This document shows positions 54,969 to 64,000 of a DNA stretch of 64,000 nt, piece after piece (positions within the stretch are counted from its first letter, which is position 1; every line of letters starts with the position of its first letter). The stretch is from Octopus sinensis. Its lineage: Eukaryota. The notes beneath the pieces were generated by a model, which saw only the letters and a list, made by a program, of their open reading frames with translations, ran no database searches and had not been told where the DNA came from. Location: the NCBI RefSeq assembly GCF_006345805.1, contig NC_043001.1, positions 92,380,001 to 92,444,000 on the forward strand. The letters run 5' to 3'. The translations under genes were made by a program, and so were the position numbers.

Positions 54969-55747
54969 CATAGTTATAAATATATTTATATATATACATA
55001 CATACATACATACATACATACACACATACATATACAGATACATATATATATATATATATATACACATATGCATGAGTGTATACATTAGAGTATGTTTATG
55101 AGTACAATAAATTAAAGCAAAAATGTTAATGCAATAAGCAGAGCGCACTCACTCACACCCATGCAAAACAACTCGCAAATATGACTCATACATATAAAAA
55201 AATTAGAAAATACATGAAAACAGAAAATATAAAAATAAAACAGAAAAGAAGTACAAAACAAAATATTTCTTATCCAAGTTGCATTTTATCTCTGAATAAT
55301 TGCTTTAGTGTATTAAGGTACATTTCTCTGGGCGGCGAGCTGGCAGAATCGTTAGCACGCCGGGCGAAATGCTCAGCAGTATTTCGTCTGTCGCTACGTT
55401 CTGAGTTCAAATTCCGCAGAGGTCGACTTTGCCTTTCATCCTTCCGGGGTCGATAAAGAAAGTACCAGTTATGCACTGGGGTCGATTTAATCGACTCAAT
55501 CGCTTTGTCTGTCCTTGTTTGTCCCCTATATGTTTAGCCCCATGTGGGCAATAAAGAAATATATATTAAGGTATATTTCTCTCTCTTACCATTTTAGTTT
55601 CACTTTCTCTCTTTTTTTTTACTTAATTTAGAATGAAGACTATAACCAGAATTGTCTATCTGTCACTCCATACCGATGAAGCACAACCACGAAGAATCAC
55701 ACATACATTCATACATACATACATACATACATACGTACATACATACG

Positions 55748-55787
<40 letters not shown>

Positions 55788-56029
55788 ATATATATATTAT
55801 ATATGATGTATGCAATGAAATATGAATTATGAAATAAATTTAAATTCAATTTTGTAAACATAATGCTTTGAATAATTCATTCCCCAACTTTGTTCTCTCC
55901 ATTACACACAAAATGGTCTCTTTGACTGAGCTACAGTACTTGGCCAAGCGTAGACCGTGACAGGGTACCTGGCATTTACAGTGTCGTCAGGTGCTTATAA
56001 CCTTCTGTCAGTCGGACAATGCGGTTGGT

Positions 56030-56305
56030 GGAAGTTCAAATTTTTGTTGGCGGCTCTTGAATACATACCCAGCCTTTGCTTTCCTCAAAATCAGTGTTAG
56101 TGATATCAAACACATTACAAAGATCAGTGGAAACCGGTAGTCCCCTTGGAAGCTGCCTCTCCAGATTTCTATTGTCCCTAAACTTCTTCCATATGCTGTC
56201 AGTTCCAGCCTATACTTGGCCATACTATTTCCAAGCAATCGCTCAACATTCAAGGTAACGCTAAATAGGTTCATACGTTCCATAATCCAAGAATGTGGGT
56301 TCATA
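56030..56305 (-). mobile_element. R4/Dong-like RT fragment
   Basis: PHSWI..RGSFQGD..PLIFV; paralog of ~31790-32050. Confidence 0.75.
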
Positions 56306-56573
56306 TATATCGTACGCCTTACGTTAATTTTCCATTATTATTATCATTGTTATTATTATTGTAGTTGTTGTTGTTGTTTGACGAGCTGGCAGAATCGTTC
56401 GCACGCCGGGAAAAATGCTTAGTGGCATTTCGTCTGTCTGCACATTCTGAGTTCAAATTCTGCTATATCATCTTTTAGAGGTCGATGAACTAAGAACCAG
56501 TGAGACCCTGGGATTGGTGTAATAGACTTACCCTCCGCCCGAAATCTAGGGCCTTGTGCCTTTAATAGAAGGG

Positions 56574-56652
<79 letters not shown>

Positions 56653-57441
56653 GGCAGAAAACTGGCACAATCGTTAGCGCGGAGAAAATTGTTTCGCCGT
56701 ATTTCATCCGTCATTGCATTTTGAGTTCAAATTCCGCGGGGGTCGACTTTATCTTTCAGTCGTACCAAGGAGGCAAACATTTTGAAACATTTCTACTGGG
56801 CACAATTTTCTGATTTCTTTTATATTCCTCTTCTTGGTGAATACTAATTCTGTTACCAAGGACCCATTTTTGGAAAAATGCTTAACGGTATTTCGCCCGT
56901 CACTACATTCTGAGTTCAAATTCCGGCGATGTTGACTTTGCCTTTCATCCTTTCGGGTCGATGAATTAAGTACCAGTGAGATACTGTGGTCGATGTAATC
57001 GACTGTCCCCTTTCCCCAAATTTCATGCCTAGTACCTATAGTAGAAAGAATAATTATTATTATTCTTGAATGAGAGAACAGTACATACCTATTTCTTTAC
57101 TACCCACAAGGGGCTAAACACAGAGGGGACAAACAAGGACAGACAAACGGATTAAGTCGATTATATCGACCCCAGTGCGTGACTGGTACTTCTTTAATCG
57201 ACCCCGAAAGGACGAAAGGCAAAGTCGACCTCGGCGAAATTTGAACTCCGAACGTAGTAGCGGCAGACGAAATATTACTAAGCATTTCGCCCGGCGTGCT
57301 AACGATTTTGCCAGCTCGCCGTCCTAACCAGTTCGCCGCCCTAACCAGCTCGCTGTACATACCCTCAAAGTGACACTGGGGTAAAATATACGAAGCCCAG
57401 TATACCTATCATGACTACCCGTCTAGTAGTAGTAGTAGTAA

Positions 57442-57511
<70 letters not shown>

Positions 57512-58151
57512 TGAGAAATCGAAGGAAAATCTACCCCACCAAGAATGAATAGGCTGAGGGTTTCTAGCAGCAGTAGCTTCAATTGATCGCTTTGCGATAG
57601 TGGGGAAATCTGCCGAAAACAGAAACAATAAGAACAGCTGTATAAAAAAAAAGGAACACAGACTAAAGAAATGAATGCTAATAACACAAACGGGATTTAC
57701 AGAAATGTACCTGTCTTCTTACCCTGGTTGAAGTCCATAGTTCCTCGAAGGAAACATAATTTCTAGTAGAATTTGCTGGAAAAGCTGAAGGTGGATAATT
57801 ACTGTGCTCGATTCAAAGTTGATAGGAGACGAACGCTTCAAGCTACGAAATGATAATTGGTTTAATCACACACTCTTCACAGAATATTTCGGTGGTAAAG
57901 GTTTGGCCAATATCGAATATGCTAATAAACTCTGAATCTGGAAGAGGTAGGTTTAGTTGCGCAAATGTAATGGGTGCTCCGATAAGATGTGATCTGAATC
58001 GTACTGTGCTCCAATCATTCATTGATGGCAAGTTCTCGCTCTTTCTTGTATTGCTTCTATTGTTTATGAAATTCATAACATGTCAATTCTGCTTTACATT
58101 TTTGCAATTCCAATTAATTTTCTTTTCCTTGAATGTATATGTATATATATA

Positions 58152-58520
58152 TCATCATCATCATCGTTTAACATCCACTTTCCATGCTAGCATGGGTTGG
58201 ACGATTTTGACTGAGGGCTGGCGAACCAGATGGCTGCACCAGGCGCCAAACTTGATTTGGCAGAGTTTCTACAGCTGGATGCCCTTCCTAACGCCAACCA
58301 CTCCGAGAGTGTAGTGGGTGCATTTTACGTGCCAGCGGCACGGGTGCCAGACAGGCGGTACTAGCAACGACCTCGCTCGAATCTTTTTACTCATTCCACC
58401 AGCACAGGTGCCAGTAAGGCGACGTTAGTAACGATCACGCTCGAATGGTGCTCTTTTACATGCCACCGGCACGAAAGCCAGTTGGCTGCTCAGGCAACGA
58501 TCACGCTCGGATGGTGCTCT
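58152..58520 (-). mobile_element. RTE-tail-like SINE or non-autonomous element with internal ~58-bp tandem units
   Basis: (CAT)n-cgtttaac end, ggatgcccttcctaacgccaacc motif, repeated aacgatcacgctcg units. Confidence 0.55.
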
Positions 58521-59383
58521 ATTTATATATATATATATATCACGTGATCACGTGACCGATCAGGCTATCAGATGTTGCTACATATCGCTGGTCACAATGC
58601 GCTTCGCATTGTTTTAACCTTCAAATGACGCCATCCCGCTGGCTAAGCGAACAGGCCAACAGAAGAAAGAGTGAGAGAAATTTGCGGCGAAAGAGTACAG
58701 CAGGGTTCGCCACCACCCCTGCCGGAGCCTCGTGGAGCTTAAGGTGTTTTCGCTCAATAAACACACACAACACCCGGTCTGGGAATCGAAACCGCGATCC
58801 TCCGACCGCGAGTCCGCTGCCCTAACCACTGGGCCATTGCGCCTCCATATATATATATATATATATAAGGCGAGCAAACGTTTGTATATCGTATGATTAT
58901 ACCCATGTAGACAATAAAGATGTCAAAATAGTTATCTTTGACTTTTCGTTATCTTTATTAAAACATTTAGCTATTATGTTTTCAGAAGTACATCGAATAT
59001 ACTTTTCTTGAAGTAAGAATACATAGATCTCGAACAACAGTACTCGAAGTTAATAGTTAAATAACGTGTCAATGGTTAACAAGAGGTTAGGAAAAATGAG
59101 GGAAAACGTGAATTGAAGTTTGTTTTTTAACAATATATGGTTATCAAATGAAATTTAAAAAAAATTCCTGTGGTTCACAAGTACTGAATGAAAATACACC
59201 AGCAATCCTTACGGACTCCCAATATTGTTATTGTCATAACGTATTTAGTTCTATCCTTACAGGTATCCTTACAAGACTTCACAACTTGAATATATCGTTT
59301 CAGTTCTAAATGGAATTGAGCAGTACAATATAATTTAAATTATACTACAATGTAATTTGAATTATATTGTACTAACTGTCATT

Positions 59384-59462
59384 ATGATACTTTTAGTATT
59401 CTGGGAGAAAACTAATATGGGCTGATACCTTATACATTTAGCTAGCTCATTAATTCTACAAG
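59384..59462 (+). pseudogene. Candidate signal-peptide exon of a second gene, with in-frame TGA at 59423-59425
   Basis: ATG at 59384 or 59417: MILLVFWEKTNMG*YLIHLASSLILQ, then phase-1 donor CAAG|gtaaac. Joins in frame to 61504-61624. Confidence 0.35.
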
Positions 59463-61503
59463 GTAAACACTTTTGATATATTAGATTATTTTTTTTTATT
59501 GGACGTTTCCTACCCAAGAAAATTATTTAACTCTGTTTTTCTCAAATGTCCAATACTTTTTCATTTCCAAACAATAGGTCATTTACTAGTCATAATTCTT
59601 ATTAGTATAAGTATAACATCACTGGTAACTAAATAAAGCTAATTTCTCGAATGATTGAACTGATAGAAAACGAAAGCAAAGCTGAGAGAGATGCATAAAA
59701 AGACAGAGAAAGTGAGATACAGAAAGAGGAAATGAGTGTACGTCACGTAGAGAAAGGAGAGCTAAAATAATAATTTTGTATTACAACAAATTTAATTATT
59801 TTCTACTCAAGGCACAAGGCTCGAAATTTTAGGGGAGGGGGCCAGTCAATTAGATCGACAACAGTACGTAACTGGTACTTAATTTATCGACCCCTAAAGG
59901 ATGAAAGGCAAAGTCGACCTCGGTGGAATTTGAACTCAGAATGTAGCGGCAGACGAAATACCTATTTCTTCACTACCCACAAGGGGCTAAACACAGAGAA
60001 GACAAACAAGGACAGACAAACGGATTAAGTCGATTTATTCGACCCCAGTGCGTAACTGGTACTTAATTTATCGACCCCGAAAGGATGAAAGGCAAAGTTG
60101 ACCTCGGCGGAATTTGAACTCAGAACGTAGCGGCAGACGAAATACTGCTAACGGGCCGCACTTTGTCATTGACTCATTTAAATTCCTGATAAATTTACGT
60201 TGAATAGTTCTATTTACTAGAGGTAATTTTCACTAAATACCTTCTCGATATGAAATGTGATACACGAGAAGGGAGTAACAGCAACTGATTCGGCTATGTT
60301 CGATTCCCAACATTTCATAAATATAAAATACTCCGGTTAGGACAGGGTCCCCCAAATTTTTAGATCATCGACCCCTACATGGAATCATTCACCCCTCATC
60401 GACCCCGCCAGGCATGTCCAAGAAAATAAATTAATTTATTTACCTATGTCCAAGAAAATAAATAATAATGATAAAGTAGATGTGCATTTATTGACCCCTT
60501 GGAGACACTTTGGAGACATCTAGGTTAGGAGATGCCATCCGCACGAAAGACAATAGCTTAGTTCTAATATTCTCAGTATTGTGAGCATAAAATGATCGTT
60601 TATAAAAAACTGTGTTGAACAAAAATAATCATTAATACCTTGAATAATATCATTTTATTCCTTTAGACAAATGCAAAACTTAATTCTGTGCATATTTCAT
60701 TTTTATTTAAATGTCTTCAGCAAAGCATTCACCTCAAACAACTTGCCAATGTATCAATCAGAGAATCCCTATTTTATGTTTATCTTTTGATGCATTTATA
60801 GTATTTAGTGTATTGTGATATATTATTTAAAGATAGGTTATGTAATTAAATATCAGATTAATTACGAAAATGTTCAAACGTTAAATCCGGTTTTAATCAA
60901 ACAAACAACTATATATATACTGTTTAAAAATTTTCTTTGACCATCTTCGAAACCCTGTATGAAATAGTAATATTCGATACTCTGTATGAAATAGTAATAG
61001 TTATCAAGGACATACGAATGACGTTGTAATCACTGACATGTCAGCATCTAATTGAGGTCAAGGCAAACAGACCCTAGCAACATTTAGAAGTATATTATGC
61101 ATAATTACGTTCTGTAAAGAACTGTTGCATATAATTATTTTTAAGAGATTGATACATATTAAGTTAGAACCACACCTTAGATAGACAAAAGACAAATAGA
61201 CAGATATATATATATATATACACACTAATATGCATACATATTCTATATGCACTAATATATATATATATTCTATATGCACGCACTCAATTGCACATACATG
61301 CACAAATCTAGACACAACTGAATGCATATTTACATTTTTATATAGGAATGAATAGGTTAAAGTGTCAATTACTAAAATTATATTGTGTACAGAGTTTGAC
61401 ACTTCAATAGATGAATATCTGAATAGACTGATAAATTAATGGTTAGTGTTAATATTAGATTAATACACCCATATTCTTTTGTATAGTTTATAGTTTATTT
61501 TAG

Positions 61504-61624
61504 TAATCCCAATTAGTGCCATAGAGACACAAAACTTTAATTCGGATGTCATATGTAGGCTCAATGATATAAATAGAAGACAGTTATCATTAGAACAAAC
61601 ACAGCTTAACCAGAGCGTCTTCAG
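61504..61624 (+). CDS. Candidate exon of the second gene: (V)IPISAIETQNFNSDVICRLNDINRRQLSLEQTQLNQSVF
   Basis: Acceptor tttattttag|TA, donor CAG|gtaact; open frame, phase 1 to 2, in non-repetitive sequence. Confidence 0.4.
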
Positions 61625-62004
61625 GTAACTTTTCCGTTTTTCTGATGCTGTTCTTAAATTCTTTGCCAAATTTGGAAGCTAACACATGATTTCTTTATAT
61701 ATAGTTTTTGAAGTATGATTTTAACCATTTTAAATTCTTCCCATTCAGTACTGATATATTGTAAATTAATTTTATTCTAACATTATCTAAATTATTAAAT
61801 AACTTGTCTTAATGTTGATACGAATATATTTCGCAATACTAACTCCATTTTTCAACTTCTTTATTTAAATGCATATTTGTCCATACACTTTGTCTTTCTC
61901 TTTCAAACACATATTAATCTTCAATCCTCTTACACACGTACATATTTGTACGTATATAAAAATGTATATTTATCTATCTATCTTTTATACATACATATAC
62001 TTAC

Positions 62005-62094
<90 letters not shown>

Positions 62095-62156
62095 GTTTAT
62101 ATATATATATATATATATATACATTTATATATATATGTATATATATATATATATAT

Positions 62157-62215
<59 letters not shown>

Positions 62216-62387
62216 ATATATTATCTTCTCTATGTTGTCTCCTTGTTTCTTTTTGTGTTCCTTTCCGTGGAAGAGCGTAGGCCCGAAACGTTAAAGACTT
62301 TTTCTCTTCCCAAGCGCTAGACTAATACATTTGTTTGTTGTCTACACCACCTCTCTTCGTCTTTTGTTTTTTTTGTGAATTCTCCTG

Positions 62388-62412
<25 letters not shown>

Positions 62413-62418
<6 letters not shown>

Positions 62419-62820
62419 CCAAGCAAAACGTTTTTAGACTTTCTTAGGAACAATTTTAATAATTTTCAAAGAAGTACAAAACTCTAGCCTTCATCAAAGC
62501 AGGATTCTCTGACCGCAATTCGCATTCACTTAATGAAGTTCCCCAAGGAAGTCCTCCAAAGTGGAGGTGTGCAGGACCCTTATCACAGCCTCCTTCGTCC
62601 TCAAAAAGACTGCTACGGAGTTTCCCCTTCAGTTTACGGAACAACCAAAAGTCCCAAGGAGAAAGGTCTGCTGGTCTGTAGGGAAGACGAGAGGCAGTTT
62701 GATGCTCAGCCCTGTTAAATAGCTTGTAATAGCTGTTAAATAGATCGTTCCAGATAATTAGCAAACGAATAGGTAAAAAAAATCTAGTGACTTCCGAAAA
62801 TTTTCGGTTAAAGACACGTT
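62413..62820 (-). mobile_element. Mariner 3' remnant
   Basis: LPYRPADLSPWDFWLFRKLKGKLR (YSPDL-like motif). Confidence 0.75.
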
Positions 62821-63469
62821 GATATTAATTATTCAAATATGCTCTTCTCTTTCTCCTAATGTCTGAGATATTACAGCCTTCCCTCCTCCCTCATTTAACT
62901 GGTCAGCTAGTTGCAGCGTACCGTCTGCATCGAATCGTATTTACTCAACATTTCATTTTGTCTTTCGTATTCAGAACTATAGATCTCAGCAATTCTGAAT
63001 TATTAGATATGAGATAGTCTTAAAGATATTAGATAACAGATGTCCAAAGCTAATTTTAAAAATTACTTTTTTACAATTTTCAAGAAAAATCGGTGTTAAT
63101 GTGGTTATTATTTGAATCACATAGATTCAATAACTAAATAACTAACCCCACATTCAAATATGTTTGCCATTTTAAAATTTAAACCCAGCATTTTGTAAAT
63201 ATTTCGTTTGATTTTGAAGCGAAAAATTAGAATTTATTTGTACTTTAATTACATTTCTACATTTAATATATTGAAGCGTTATTCTAGATATTTAGAAAAT
63301 ACAGTATTAATAATTGATTACACATTACTTTTCTTATTTAGAAGCTTATTACAATTTTGCGGCTGTTACAAGATACTCGTATTCATTATCCATGTAATAT
63401 ATGTGTATGTGTGTGTATACATAATACACACATATATACATGCATACATGCATACATGCATACATACAT

Positions 63470-63872
63470 GTAAGGTGGCCGCAGTTCAAAGAAGTAGTCC
63501 AGACGTCTGAGGATAAATGTGCTCCATTGGACCAACATAGTTTCTTGGTCCCTTGTTCTGAAGGTTCTCAAAATCCATCCAGCCATTTGCCTGCACACTG
63601 CCACAATATTGGTGATATGCATGTGAAACAAGGCATCGTTGCTTATATCAATCCACAGATCACACACGATATGTGATTCTAGGATTGCCGCACCTTTTGG
63701 ACGAACCGGATATCGTTTTTGTGACTTCTGAGCACCAATTAGCTGGTAGCGGAGGGCTTGGAATTTTCCTGCATTAAATTTATGTTGTACTCTTCAGTCC
63801 ATTTACATATGGTATCTGAGTCTTTCTGCAGAAGATTAGCATCAGAAGGTTCCTTGACTGCTTGTACTACTT
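63470..63872 (-). mobile_element. CR1/L2-like RT fragment
   Basis: LQKDSDTICKW, MAGWILRTFRTRD, RLDY. Confidence 0.75.
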
Positions 63873-63877
63873 TTGTG

Positions 63878-63962
<85 letters not shown>

Positions 63963-64000
63963 AAATAATAATTATTGTATTTGCAAAGATGATCACACTG

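Noticed and set aside
58330-58520. Repeat-spacer-like units suggestive of CRISPR
   Set aside because: Degenerate tandem units within a eukaryotic retroposon; no unique spacers and no cas genes.
60343-60522. Possible hAT-type MITE
   Set aside because: Terminal inverted repeats are weak and no TSD is evident; insufficient support.
63342-63403. Possible further exon after ttttcttatttag
   Set aside because: Reading frame and donor are ambiguous; it cannot be linked reliably to the upstream candidate exons.

Overview
AT-rich, repeat-dense animal genomic DNA, most likely a coleoid cephalopod (octopus). This is inferred from the SINE/LINE repertoire and the (TA)n/(TAA)n microsatellite load, not from a search. 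Most of the window is transposon debris: R4/Dong-like RLE retrotransposons in (TAA)n tracts (including a 5-copy head-to-tail array), CR1/L2-like, RTE, Penelope-like (RT + GIY-YIG, hammerhead-like motifs) and Tx1/L1-like elements, three mariners, HINE/Helitron-like elements and several SINE families. Threaded through it on the + strand is a spliced gene that the ORF track does not resolve. It has three phase-1/phase-1 exons, each encoding one divergent Ig-like domain with four conserved Cys (7569-7868, 27831-28145, 36264-36569), a 21-nt micro-exon (41660-41680) and a transmembrane plus short-tail exon (45457-45609). Together these give a multi-Ig type I membrane receptor whose 5' part probably lies upstream of the window. 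Near the right end are candidate exons of a second small secreted-protein gene with an in-frame TGA in its signal peptide.
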